This document shows positions 10,085-20,255 of a stretch of 64,000 bases of DNA, in pieces. Numbering within the stretch: position 1 is the first letter of the stretch; every line of letters starts with the position of its first letter. The notes beneath the pieces are model-generated. The model ran no database searches. It saw only the letters and a program-made list of their open reading frames with translations, and had not been told where the DNA came from. Location of the stretch: positions 2,430 to 66,429 of IMG/VR virus record IMGVR_UViG_3300036781_000806; one strand, written 5' to 3'. The position numbers and the translations under genes were made by a program. Origin of the DNA: a virus.

Positions 10085-13000
10085 GGTGCGATGATGTTCG
10101 TGGTGTTGGAGGCCGTCAGATACAAGTTGATGGTGACGCGGCCACCGGGAGACGTCGCGCCAGTTTGGAGCACCTTGGCATAGAACATGTCGCCGGGTGA
10201 AACATTCAACGGTGTGGTTCGGAAGGTCGAGCCGTTCTGGAGTGTGGACAGACCATCCGGGATCAGGACGCCGCCGCCACTGCCCGCGCCCGAAAAAATG
10301 CTTGTGTAGGTTGCGCCTTTGTCGGTTGACTGGAAAATGTCGATGTAGATGGCTTGGCCTTCCGGTGCTTCCTGAGCGTTCGCGGACCACTCGCTGAGGA
10401 CGCCGCCAATGTTCATCATTCCGACAGTCGTCGTGTCGTTTAGCATCAAGTCTGGATTTCCGGACTGTCCTGAGAACACGAGCGTCAACTGCGGCTTGGC
10501 GATGTTGGCCGAGGTTCCGTAGATGTAGACCATCCGGACTGGCGCGTTGACGTCGTCCGATTCGATGCCGTTCTGATCGACGGTGTACCCGCCCACCAGC
10601 ACCGATTGTTTTAGGAAATTCGAGGTCGGTACAGCGATGCTGGTCGAGAGCTGGCTCTGGCTGGTCGTGATTTCGGAGGAATCTGCAAACGGTCCCCATG
10701 CTCCGTCTTCGACAATGATGACGGAGTCTGTGTCGAGAACCAGCGGAACGTCGAACGTAAAAGAGGTAGAAGTGTTCGAGACGATCTTAGCTTTCGTGCC
10801 TCTGTTGGTGCCAGCGATCACGCGCACGATGTGGCCCTTGTCCTGATCCGTTGCAAGGCCACTGTGGGGCGTTGGCAACTTGGTAGCGATGTCATAGTTG
10901 AGCGAGTTGGAGATGCCGGAATCCGTAAAGGTCGTGGGGCTGCCGGAATTATCGTAGCCCTTGAAGGTCACAATGAACGCATCCGTCTTCTGAACGGCGG
11001 AGGCGTCCTGATCGAGCGTGAATGTGCCCGTGGATGGATCGAACGCCGTGATGTTGAAGGAGAGATAGGGCGCGGAGCCTTCCTCCCGACCAATGATGAC
11101 GAGTTGGCGTCCCGTGTAATCGTCGCTCAGCGACCCGTCTACACAATCACTCGAAACAAGACTGGTTCCGGACACGCTTGTGACGCCCGCCCCGAGGATG
11201 CCCCCATGCCACAGGATCTTGGGTTTGACGCGGACCTTCTCGCTGTTTGGATTCGGGAGCGCCCACGTGGAGCGTTTGAGCGGGCCGGTAACGGTGATGC
11301 TGGTGGGCGAGATCGAGTCGCCTGAGCCGGTCAACGTGACGATCTGTTGTTCACAGATCAGGTCATCAAATTCGGAGACGAAGACAGCACAATCGATGAG
11401 ACCACTGACCGGTGGCCAGATGATGCCGTTGATCGTGAAAACGTTGGTGTTGGTTCCAGTGGGAATCTGGACCAGGATGACCTCGGATGGAGGCGTACAG
11501 ACCGCGTCCGCATTACGACCGCAGATCGCCACCCGGTAGGTCTTGCCGCCTTCGAGACTGCCGCCCGTTGTTGCTCTGGAGACGTTGCCGGATGTGATGC
11601 TGGGAGCGCCCACGTTCGGGATGAACTCGTTGGCCGGTTCCTTGCCCTCGGTCACGATGTAGGCTTGTGCCGAACCATCGGCCAGGATGTTGTAAACCTG
11701 CTGACAATCGAAAGTCCATTGGTTCGGCCAAAGAGCATCTGTGCTCGGAGCCTGCACCTGGAACGGTGCCCAGCAGCCCAGAGGTTCCGGATAGAACATG
11801 ACCGGCAACGGCAGCGGTGCCACATCGACCGGCTTCGGCCCAATGTCGAGCTGGTACATCGAGTCGGTGACCGTGCGGCCTTCGATCTGGATGGACCAAT
11901 CCTTCATGAGCTTCCAGCCGGTGATTCTCCAATCAGCGGTTGCAACGCCATAAGCGAGGCCCGAGCCATTGCCCGGTGGAGTGCTCACGACTAAATGCGT
12001 GGCGTCGGTCACAGCCGCAATGGTGACCTGCACGCCGTTGATGACGACCTCCTTGTTGACCAGGGAGGTGTCGCCCGTGTACTGCGTGAACTGATCGCCA
12101 GACGTGAGGGTCACGTTCACACCCGACACGTCGACGGTGCCAGACTTGCCGGGAATGTCCGGATGCGTCATCGAAACCACTTGGCCGACTTCGGTTTCGA
12201 GCGCCAGAATGGTCGTGCCCCATTGGGCAGAGCGGGCAGTCCTCCATTCGGTGGCGTCGATGGAGGTGCCGTTGTTGAAGGTGTTGCCTGATGAGATGCC
12301 GCCGACTTCTTCTCGGGTCAGGGTTGCTGTGACACGGAGCGCCTGACTGAGGCTAGAAATGCCCACGCTGTGCATCTGCTTAACGAGGGGCGAACCGTTG
12401 CGGCCATAGTAGGTCTCGTGGTCCTTGTCCTCGTAGGTGGCGGTGTTGGCTTGGTATTGCGCGGCTTTGTCGGCGAATGAGATTTCGAGGCGCTCAAACT
12501 GGGCATCGACAGGCGCAAGCCGCAAAGACTGATACAGCGTGTTACCAGCCGTGAAGGCCGAAACAGACGCCGCGTTCTCCCGGATGCCCAGCTTCAACTT
12601 GCCGAACTCGAACGTAAAGAATCCGTTGCAACACCGCATGATCTCGGTGAGCCAGTCGCGCACTGGCTTCTGCTGTGCAAAGGTCCCCATGAAACGGAAC
12701 TGCTTTTCAGTGCCGACCCCCAGAAGATCGTCCACCACTAAGTCCGCGATCTGGGCGCAGCCTGAGACGCCGTCTTGATTGACGAGCGACTCCAGCACGA
12801 ACGTATCAAGCTGTGTTGCGGAGTCAGCATTGAAGAGTCCCAGAGCACGGAGATAGACGTTAACGGCAATCCAGAACGGATTCGTTAGGCCGGAAACTGA
12901 CGTTCTGGTCCCGTCAGCGTCCCAAACCCAACCAGAAAGACCCTTCGAGACTGGCACGACCATCGAGTGCGAGTCGGTCGTAGACGGATTGATCCCGGAC

Positions 13001-14577
13001 GGCTTCGCATAGCGCAAATCCACAAACGCTAACCCGGCAGCTTTGTTGTCTCCCTGGATCGCGCCGCCCGCCGTCATCAGGAAATCGTCCACGGTGTCGG
13101 GGTCCTCGCCGTGCAATTCACGCAAACCCAAACTCGTATTCGAGGTCACGACTAGTTGAGAATTGACCTTGAAGCCTTGCGGCAACTGGCCATCGGCCAT
13201 CGGGCTGATGATGTAGTGGTAGCCGTCGCTGTTGGTGTAGACCTGCATCCCGGTGTACTGACCGATGCGGCCCGCGCCCACGATTCCCAGCACATCAAAG
13301 AAGTCGCCCTCGTCACGCACCGCTGCCACGAGGCAGTTCGCAAAGAAAGCGTTGCCGGGGTCACCGTCGTCATCGCAGTAAATCTCCGGGAGGGCCTGAC
13401 CGAAAATCGAATCACTCGCAATCGAGGTTGCCGTCACAGAGTTGCGGTCAAAGCCTAGGAAGCCGGAGCTGTTGTCGAGAATCTGAACGCCCTGCTGCAA
13501 GATGCGGACACCGCCAAAATAGGCCTGCATCCCATGCTGGACACAACCCGATCCGGTGGGATCGTCGTATTGATAGCTGCACTGGTTGGCATCGCCGCCG
13601 CTGCCTGCCGAACCGTACGGGCAATTGGCTCCGTCGTTAAACTTCTTCCAGCAGGTGCGCGAGATCGTTCGGGTCGGATAGGGCTGTGTGACGCGCCACA
13701 GGCCGTCCGAGCAGTGCATCGTGAAAATAGCGGAACCATCGGATTGATAGCTGACTACGAATCCCTTCCACAGTTGCAGCAGGATGCCGGTCTGGACGTG
13801 GTAGAGGCAGAGATCAATCGAGGCGTTCTTGAGTTCCGTGGCGTTGGCAAGCCTGACCATGGCTCGGTCAGCATTGCCGAAGCTGAACTGGACGTTATCG
13901 GCAGCGCCGCTGATGTTCTGCGACATGATGACCGAAGTGCCGGGTTCACCAATGTCGAGCAGGCGCGGCAAATAAACCTTGTCGCCGACCGTGACACGCC
14001 GGTCACTCAGGTAAATGTCGGGTACCGACTCGTCCAGAACTTTGATGTGGACAAGCGGAATGATCTGCTGAACCTGATTGGCCAGGGCGGTGTTGAGAAC
14101 GTCAGATGGGAAGCGTGTAACGACTGCGTTGATCGGTCCACCAAAGCTTGGAGCACCATAGTCCGGTGCGCCCGTGACGGTCGGGGCTTCGAGGAACGTC
14201 AACCCGGCTTGGCACATTGAAGCCAAGTGCTGGATGCTGACTGGTGCAACATCGAACACCACCTCGACGGGTGTGGTCGTATGATCGCCGGTCGGAGCGT
14301 TGTAGATGAAGGACTGATAACTGCCCTGGACGGACTCGTAGAAGTCGAGCAGGAGCGCCGCGTCAAGCTGATTGAGGGCTTGGCGCTTGAAGATGAACTT
14401 GCGCGGGCCAATGCCCGAGAGGAATGTCTGGTTGGCCTTGGTCGCTAGCTCACCAAAACGATGGGTGACGGTCGTATACGGAGACTGCGTGGAATAGCCG
14501 AAATCGGAGACCAGCGGAAATGTCAGGCCGCTGCTTTTGGGCGTAGGGAAGGTGATGGGTCCGAGAGTGTCTGCCAT
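10081..14577 (-). CDS. Large tail tip/baseplate hub protein (Dit-like + gpL/DUF2163-like Cys cluster + gpJ/megatron-like)
   Basis: 1498 aa downstream of TMP/Dit; RTC...CPY...C...GC..H....FGG cluster; LTNP.W and G.LKL.I tail-protein motifs. Confidence 0.75.
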   Translation of the reverse strand: MADTLGPITFPTPKSSGLTFPLVSDFGYSTQSPYTTVTHRFGELATKANQTFLSGIGPRKFIFKRQALNQLDAALLLDFYESVQGSYQSFIYNAPTGDHTTTPVEVVFDVAPVSIQHLASMCQAGLTFLEAPTVTGAPDYGAPSFGGPINAVVTRFPSDVLNTALANQVQQIIPLVHIKVLDESVPDIYLSDRRVTVGDKVYLPRLLDIGEPGTSVIMSQNISGAADNVQFSFGNADRAMVRLANATELKNASIDLCLYHVQTGILLQLWKGFVVSYQSDGSAIFTMHCSDGLWRVTQPYPTRTISRTCWKKFNDGANCPYGSAGSGGDANQCSYQYDDPTGSGCVQHGMQAYFGGVRILQQGVQILDNSSGFLGFDRNSVTATSIASDSIFGQALPEIYCDDDGDPGNAFFANCLVAAVRDEGDFFDVLGIVGAGRIGQYTGMQVYTNSDGYHYIISPMADGQLPQGFKVNSQLVVTSNTSLGLRELHGEDPDTVDDFLMTAGGAIQGDNKAAGLAFVDLRYAKPSGINPSTTDSHSMVVPVSKGLSGWVWDADGTRTSVSGLTNPFWIAVNVYLRALGLFNADSATQLDTFVLESLVNQDGVSGCAQIADLVVDDLLGVGTEKQFRFMGTFAQQKPVRDWLTEIMRCCNGFFTFEFGKLKLGIRENAASVSAFTAGNTLYQSLRLAPVDAQFERLEISFADKAAQYQANTATYEDKDHETYYGRNGSPLVKQMHSVGISSLSQALRVTATLTREEVGGISSGNTFNNGTSIDATEWRTARSAQWGTTILALETEVGQVVSMTHPDIPGKSGTVDVSGVNVTLTSGDQFTQYTGDTSLVNKEVVINGVQVTIAAVTDATHLVVSTPPGNGSGLAYGVATADWRITGWKLMKDWSIQIEGRTVTDSMYQLDIGPKPVDVAPLPLPVMFYPEPLGCWAPFQVQAPSTDALWPNQWTFDCQQVYNILADGSAQAYIVTEGKEPANEFIPNVGAPSITSGNVSRATTGGSLEGGKTYRVAICGRNADAVCTPPSEVILVQIPTGTNTNVFTINGIIWPPVSGLIDCAVFVSEFDDLICEQQIVTLTGSGDSISPTSITVTGPLKRSTWALPNPNSEKVRVKPKILWHGGILGAGVTSVSGTSLVSSDCVDGSLSDDYTGRQLVIIGREEGSAPYLSFNITAFDPSTGTFTLDQDASAVQKTDAFIVTFKGYDNSGSPTTFTDSGISNSLNYDIATKLPTPHSGLATDQDKGHIVRVIAGTNRGTKAKIVSNTSTSFTFDVPLVLDTDSVIIVEDGAWGPFADSSEITTSQSQLSTSIAVPTSNFLKQSVLVGGYTVDQNGIESDDVNAPVRMVYIYGTSANIAKPQLTLVFSGQSGNPDLMLNDTTTVGMMNIGGVLSEWSANAQEAPEGQAIYIDIFQSTDKGATYTSIFSGAGSGGGVLIPDGLSTLQNGSTFRTTPLNVSPGDMFYAKVLQTGATSPGGRVTINLYLTASNTTNIIAP

Positions 14578-14644
14578 TTGCGGGCAGAGGTATTTATGGA
14601 ACAGTCCCTTAGCGTGGCAGTCCGGCGAGTGGTAACTTCAGAGC

Positions 14645-15535
14645 ATGGTCACAAAGCTTGCGGAGTTGGCTATAGTCGCAACTCTACTGACATTGGGCCA
14701 GAGGCTCACCGGCTATGAGAACAAACCGCTCGGCTATTTTCTATTTGTTTTGGCTGCCGCTGCGTTGGGCCATTGGGTATGGAACTTCTATCGTGGTGAC
14801 AAGGACAGTGAGCCGAGCCGAGGGCGCAAAATTGCTACAGTCGCGCTAGCGACGATCTTGATTGGGTGTGTGGGGTATCCGTGGGTCGTCGGGGCGGGAG
14901 CCTCCAAAGATGCGGGTTCGGCCAAGACGCTTGATGGAAGTGCGCTGGAGTTGGCAGCGATTCGTGACGTGGATACGTTCTTCGCCGGTAAGGATGAGGC
15001 CTCTCTTCGGGAGTTTTTTGGCGTCCGGGAGATGTTCGAGGTCAACATGAAGTATGAGACTGAGCGGCTACAGCACTTCATGACGACCGGCAATAAAGAG
15101 TTTCCATTTGGTCCTTATATGGGAGATGGAACCGCAACGATTGATCTTGGGCTGCCCGGTACCCGCGCTTACCCTTTCGGTGGAACTATCAAACTCGACA
15201 CCGACCCTCGGATGGTACATCTTGCGATTATTCCAAGGTCGTACTCTGAAGGGAGGACGCGAATTTACAAATATGAAACACTCATTGGCTTGCCTGATGG
15301 TTTGGTGAGTCCACTGAAGGACCTAGTGGCGGCGCTGGATGCGAACGTGAACACGCTAATTGCGGTTCTGAATGACCAGTTACAATCTAACCGCAACTAT
15401 TACTTGATGCGTGAAGACGGCCTGCCTGAATTCAGATACGCGATAGATCATGCTTATTACCAACGGTTTAAATCGTTAAATCCGATTGCCGACAAAATTC
15501 GTGAATCTGCCAGAGCATCGCTTGGCTTGAAGTGA
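14645..15535 (+). CDS. Moron: membrane protein (N-terminal TM helices + soluble domain)
   Basis: Antisense to the late operon, lower GC, three hydrophobic segments. Confidence 0.7.
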   Translation: MVTKLAELAIVATLLTLGQRLTGYENKPLGYFLFVLAAAALGHWVWNFYRGDKDSEPSRGRKIATVALATILIGCVGYPWVVGAGASKDAGSAKTLDGSALELAAIRDVDTFFAGKDEASLREFFGVREMFEVNMKYETERLQHFMTTGNKEFPFGPYMGDGTATIDLGLPGTRAYPFGGTIKLDTDPRMVHLAIIPRSYSEGRTRIYKYETLIGLPDGLVSPLKDLVAALDANVNTLIAVLNDQLQSNRNYYLMREDGLPEFRYAIDHAYYQRFKSLNPIADKIRESARASLGLK

Positions 15536-15547
15536 AGGCAGGCAGCC

Positions 15548-16003
15548 TTAGGCGATCTCTTGCAGCTCGAACGAAACCGTTGTGAGCGCCATATCGGTCG
15601 TTTCGGTCCACGTCATGCTGGAAAATCGAACGACATGTCTACCGATCTCGTTATCCCCAGCCGGGTCGTAGTTAGAACCAACCGGAGCGTCGTCGGTTTC
15701 GTAGGGGTGGTACCACGTAAACGGAATCAGGCCGCCGTAATGACTGTTGAAGAAGTCACGCAGCGATTGGAGATTCAGTGCCCCTGGTCTGCCGGTGTCG
15801 GCATAGCTCGTGACGCGGGCCGACAACTTCCAAGTGCGGATCGACTCTGGCGCGTTCACGCCATCTTGGATCAGATGCCGCTCGATGGTGTTGTCGTGAT
15901 ACTGCTGGGTCAGCACCGGAAAGATACGGGTTTCCTCGAAGCTCGTATAGAGCATCTGGGGGAGCACGCCAACGGGGACTGCCGCCGCTAGATTTCTCGG
16001 CAT
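15548..16003 (-). CDS. Distal tail protein (DUF2460/gpM-like), left copy
   Basis: Follows TMP; L.DFF..H.G...PF.W, V.F motif; paralog of 55096-55554. Confidence 0.7.
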   Translation of the reverse strand: MPRNLAAAVPVGVLPQMLYTSFEETRIFPVLTQQYHDNTIERHLIQDGVNAPESIRTWKLSARVTSYADTGRPGALNLQSLRDFFNSHYGGLIPFTWYHPYETDDAPVGSNYDPAGDNEIGRHVVRFSSMTWTETTDMALTTVSFELQEIA

Positions 16004-16006
16004 CGG

Positions 16007-19000
16007 CTACACCAACAGCAACGGCTGATTCAGCGTTGCGGAGTTCTGGACGCGCCCAATCGAATACTGATTGGCTTGGCTGGTTTGCTGCTGCACGAAG
16101 TCAGGCGTCACCACTTGACCGGCCATGAAAGCGCCCGCCCCTTGGCCGTCGATGTGAAGGCTGATGCTGGTAGGGGTTGGTAACTGCGTGCTGGGCTGGC
16201 CTCCGTATGTCGGCAAGTTGGAAGCGTAGGTGTACGCTTGGCCGAACATGTAAGAGGCTTGCTGTTGAAGCTGTCCGCCCGACTCCACCAATCCGCCCGC
16301 ATGAGGCATAGTCGAGCTAAGTGGCACTTTCTGCCCGGTGCCCGATGCGTAGACCATCAAACCGTTCCGGATCTCAGGGTCTATCACGGCCAACGAGACT
16401 TTGCCGCCGTATTTCTGTTGCGCGACCTGGACGACCTTCTGGGCAAACTGAGTGTCAATCGTGACGTTGTACCGCTGCTTGACGAGCCGCTTCGCTTCGT
16501 TGATGGGCGATTCCACACCGGCCAGTTTTTCGCCGATACCGGCAAGCGTGCCAGCAGCAGCGCCGATAGCAGCGCCGATTGGTCCACCAAATTTCATGCC
16601 GAGTGCCGCACCGCCGAGGCCAGATTCAAAGATCCCCAGACCGGTGCCACGGCTGTTGCCAAGCAGACCAGCTTCAGCCAGTGATGAACCACCCGCCACT
16701 AAAGCAGTGCCCGCGAGTCCATCGACGCCGGTGATGCGGCCACTGCCGGAAACCTTCGCGCCACCGACGCCTGTGAAATCACCAGCGTGCGTGAACCCAC
16801 CCCAGTTCAGGCCTTTGAAGTTTGAGAGGTTGAAGCCCTTGCCGCCGAGACCCCTGAGGATTCCACCGAAGGCACCAGAACTCGGTAGGGACATACCTGA
16901 GGGGATACCGGCTGATTCAGTCGCGAAACCGCCGCCGCTGCCACCCGTAGGTTCTACGGCTGATGGGAAGAACCCGCCACCACCCGATGCTGGATGGAAT
17001 GGACTGGAGATCCAGCCACCGCCACCAGAAGACGAGACACCGGGAGTGGTCCCGGTACCCACGACTTGGACGAACAGCGGCTTGCTAGCCACAGAGCCGT
17101 CATTCTTACCGAACACCACAGGCTGCAAGAAGCTCGCAGTCACGCTGGCCAAGCCTGATTCGATCGGCTTCAAAGCCGCGTCGCGGACGGTCGTGGTCAA
17201 CTGCTTATTGAAGGCTTTCGGATTCGTGAAGAGCGTGTGATACAGGCCCTCGGCGGTCTTCTTGATTTCGTCAAGCTGGCGCTTCTGTTCGTTGGCAAAC
17301 TCGACGGCTTGCTGGTTTTCAAGCTCGTACACTTCCTTGGCGTTTTTGAGCTTCAAGTCCTTGATGGTGTTTTCGAGCTGGCCATCGTTGAGGTGCTTCT
17401 CTCGCGCCAACTGTAGGTCGTAAGCCAGTTCTTCGTTAGCGAACTTCTTCTTGATTTCGAGTTGCTCTAGGGAGTTCCGGAGCCGCGCTTGCGGCGTGTC
17501 CGCGCCGATGCCTGCCAGCTTGGATTGGTCGAGTTCTTGGGTCTGGCGCAATGACATCTCGGCGCGATCCGCCGCGATGCTGGCTGTCCTAATCCCCTCG
17601 GCCACTTTAAGAAGCTCCCTTACCCGCTCCTCATTAATCTTGAGGCCGCTTTTGATGTTCGAAGCGTTGGGATCTTCTTCGCCCTTGCCATGATTGAAGG
17701 CGAGCTTGTCGAACTCTTCCTGATACTTCTTCTGCTTCGCCGCAACTTCCTGCTGCAACGCGGCGGGTGCTGCCCCCAGCAGAGCCGTAAGGTTGTCACC
17801 CTTGGCCTTGGCGAGTTCATCAAACAGGCGTGTGCTCTCGGGCAACTGGCTGTCTTTCTTGTTAAGACCGGTCTGGACGCTGCCGATCAGTTCCAGGATG
17901 CGCTTGTGCTCAGTTTCGGCTTCTGTCAGCGCCTTGATCTGATGTTCAAGGTCCTGGATGCCCTTGAGGTCACGGGCGAACTCGGCGCGATCCGCGATGG
18001 CGACGATGCCGTTCTTCTTGAGGGCGTCGGCGTCCTCTCGCAGATCCTTGAGCTTCTCCTTGAGCTTGTCGATGGGATCGAGATAGCGTTGCTCGATGGA
18101 AGCGGTGCCTTGGCGGAGGCCAGCTTGAACCGCAAGTTGCGCGTCCGCATCGGCAGCGAAGTTCGGTGGCTTGGGTCGTTGGTTCAACTGGGCAAGCCCC
18201 TCCACGGAATCCATCATGCTGTTGAAGTCCAGGAAGCCGGAAGCCACCGGCCCACCCAGTGCAACTGCTGCCCCCTTCGCACCATTGGCTAGAAAGGACT
18301 TCAGCCAATCTGGTGCCTTGGCAGTGATGTTGATAAGCCCTTCGATGGGAGTAGCGATCTGCCGTTTGAGAGCTTCCCACTCTAGCCCGACCTGCTTGAG
18401 ATGCGTAGCTGCTTCTTCGGCTTGGTGGAGCGGGTCCTCTAGACCAAAGCCCATCGCTTCCACGGCATGCTTTAGATCGCCATACTTCTCAACGAGCACC
18501 TGAACGTCTTTTGCACCTTTCTTGCCGAGGATTTCGTTGGCAAGGGCAATCTGTTCGGTCTTGTTGGGAATTTGGCTGAGCTTCTCCAGAGTCTCCTCGA
18601 TCAACTGCCCGCCTTCTTTCTGTTCACCCGAAAGATCAACCGTAGAGATCTTCAAGCGAGCAAGTGCAGATTCCATGGTGCGGGCCTTCTGCCCGCCCTG
18701 ATCGAGAGACACGGCCATCGTTGCGCCAGCGCGGGCGAGTCCGTCGATCTCGACTCCGACCAACTTGCCCATAGCCTGGAGCTTGTCGAGGTGACCAACA
18801 GAGATGCCTGTCTGGGCCGACAAGATCTTGAGATGCTCTGCGTCTTCCGCGAAGCCTTTGGCGATACTGAATAGGGCGGTGCCCAAGGCAGTAGCGGCGA
18901 TGACGGTTCCGGCAAACACGCTGCCCACCGGTCCGATCTTTTCGAGCAAGCCTGTGATCGCGCCCTGTGCCGCCTCGACCGGCGACTGCACGAACTGCTC

Positions 19001-19393
19001 GATGCCCCGACCAAAACTCTTGAGACCGTTTTCGTCCCCACCCTTCTCGGCAGCGATGAGCTTCTGATAGGCCGCAGTCACGCGGTTAACGGCTTGCTCG
19101 TCCTGCTGATATTTCTTGATGAGCCGGTCTCGGTCTGCGATGAGCTTATCGACGCCGGATCGACCAGCAAGTTCTGCTTGGCGTTCGAGTGACTTTAGAA
19201 ACCGCTCCTGGGACTGGGTGGCCTTGTCGCTGAACTTGATGAGGTCATTCGAGACCTTGGCAAAAGCGGCGCTCAGCTTCTCGTTGTGGCCAGTCAGCTT
19301 GCTTTCGGAGTTGGCAATCCCATCGTTCAGGGTCTGCAACGCTTTGAGCGTTGACCGGGTATCGATTTCATAAACCGCTGTCTCAAGTCCCAT
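16007..19393 (-). CDS. Tape measure protein, left copy (1128 aa from MGLET)
   Basis: Long helical Ala/Gly/Lys-rich protein between chaperones and Dit; start matched to the paralog. Confidence 0.85.
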   Translation of the reverse strand: MGLETAVYEIDTRSTLKALQTLNDGIANSESKLTGHNEKLSAAFAKVSNDLIKFSDKATQSQERFLKSLERQAELAGRSGVDKLIADRDRLIKKYQQDEQAVNRVTAAYQKLIAAEKGGDENGLKSFGRGIEQFVQSPVEAAQGAITGLLEKIGPVGSVFAGTVIAATALGTALFSIAKGFAEDAEHLKILSAQTGISVGHLDKLQAMGKLVGVEIDGLARAGATMAVSLDQGGQKARTMESALARLKISTVDLSGEQKEGGQLIEETLEKLSQIPNKTEQIALANEILGKKGAKDVQVLVEKYGDLKHAVEAMGFGLEDPLHQAEEAATHLKQVGLEWEALKRQIATPIEGLINITAKAPDWLKSFLANGAKGAAVALGGPVASGFLDFNSMMDSVEGLAQLNQRPKPPNFAADADAQLAVQAGLRQGTASIEQRYLDPIDKLKEKLKDLREDADALKKNGIVAIADRAEFARDLKGIQDLEHQIKALTEAETEHKRILELIGSVQTGLNKKDSQLPESTRLFDELAKAKGDNLTALLGAAPAALQQEVAAKQKKYQEEFDKLAFNHGKGEEDPNASNIKSGLKINEERVRELLKVAEGIRTASIAADRAEMSLRQTQELDQSKLAGIGADTPQARLRNSLEQLEIKKKFANEELAYDLQLAREKHLNDGQLENTIKDLKLKNAKEVYELENQQAVEFANEQKRQLDEIKKTAEGLYHTLFTNPKAFNKQLTTTVRDAALKPIESGLASVTASFLQPVVFGKNDGSVASKPLFVQVVGTGTTPGVSSSGGGGWISSPFHPASGGGGFFPSAVEPTGGSGGGFATESAGIPSGMSLPSSGAFGGILRGLGGKGFNLSNFKGLNWGGFTHAGDFTGVGGAKVSGSGRITGVDGLAGTALVAGGSSLAEAGLLGNSRGTGLGIFESGLGGAALGMKFGGPIGAAIGAAAGTLAGIGEKLAGVESPINEAKRLVKQRYNVTIDTQFAQKVVQVAQQKYGGKVSLAVIDPEIRNGLMVYASGTGQKVPLSSTMPHAGGLVESGGQLQQQASYMFGQAYTYASNLPTYGGQPSTQLPTPTSISLHIDGQGAGAFMAGQVVTPDFVQQQTSQANQYSIGRVQNSATLNQPLLLV

Positions 19394-19466
19394 GCCCAGG
19401 TATTTATGGGGTGGGATTGTGGCCAAACGTTCACCCGTGCTGGACTGGAATTTTGGGAGGATTCAC

Positions 19467-19802
19467 ATGAAGTGTTGGCATTGCAATGAAATTATGGCTG
19501 ACGGAATGCAGTTCTGCTCGGGTTGCGGATCGAACAGAAAATCAACCTTGAGGCACCGGCGAACACGGACGCTTGCCTTGGTCATTGGAATCGGTGGCCC
19601 AGTCCTGTTTATGGTGGTGGTGTTCTTCATTGCCGCGTTCACGCCACCTGTACCGCTAACCCCACAGCAAAAGGCGGAGAAGGAGCAGAAGCTAAAGCTG
19701 ATGCGGGAGTGGTGCACCGAAGAGTACGGCTTGATCGGCCCGGAGACTTGCGTGAAGCGCTGGTATGAATCGCAGCGCCAGCTCGAAGAACAGCTTCGCT
19801 AG
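19467..19802 (+). CDS. Moron: zinc-ribbon + TM protein
   Basis: MKCWHC...FCSGCG, one TM helix, GGGAGG SD. Confidence 0.7.
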   Translation: MKCWHCNEIMADGMQFCSGCGSNRKSTLRHRRTRTLALVIGIGGPVLFMVVVFFIAAFTPPVPLTPQQKAEKEQKLKLMREWCTEEYGLIGPETCVKRWYESQRQLEEQLR

Positions 19803-20251
19803 GCCACTTTGCGGAACTGAATTACATTTCCGGTCCGGAACACCGCCGCAACCGCCTGATTCAGCGCCACGGCGTCCTTAGGCGAGATCCCGAACATGCG
19901 ATCGATTTGGTTATTGTAGTGTGCCTTCTGGTCTCCCATCGCATCGACAAACCCGATGATTCCCCGGTTCTGGTTCACCGACAACACCTGGAGTGATCGC
20001 AGCGTGCGCCCCGTCCAGGTCCAATCCCTCAGAGGTTGGAGGCCCCGCGCAGTTTTCGACTCAGGATACCCTCGTTTGTAAGTGCCGTCTTTCCTCATCC
20101 GACCCGGTTTCAGCGGCTTTGCTCGTTGGTCGTTGGCATCGATGCCCGAGGCGATCCTGGAGCGCATGCTGTCGGCAAGGGCTTTGCCGATGCCCGCCAT
20201 CTGATCTGAACTGAACGGGGACAACGTGAATCGGGCGCGAGTTACCTTCAC
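19799..20251 (-). CDS. Virion morphogenesis/tail completion-like protein, left copy
   Basis: RI.SG.DA....KPL...Y...K...TG.TL.SL pattern; paralog of 50010-50447. Confidence 0.65.
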   Translation of the reverse strand: MKVTRARFTLSPFSSDQMAGIGKALADSMRSRIASGIDANDQRAKPLKPGRMRKDGTYKRGYPESKTARGLQPLRDWTWTGRTLRSLQVLSVNQNRGIIGFVDAMGDQKAHYNNQIDRMFGISPKDAVALNQAVAAVFRTGNVIQFRKVA

Positions 20252-20255
20252 GCCT

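Noticed and set aside
10085-10699. N-terminal extension of the 642-aa ORF
   Set aside because: Overlaps the hub gene out of frame with implausible composition; the true start is ATG 10084.
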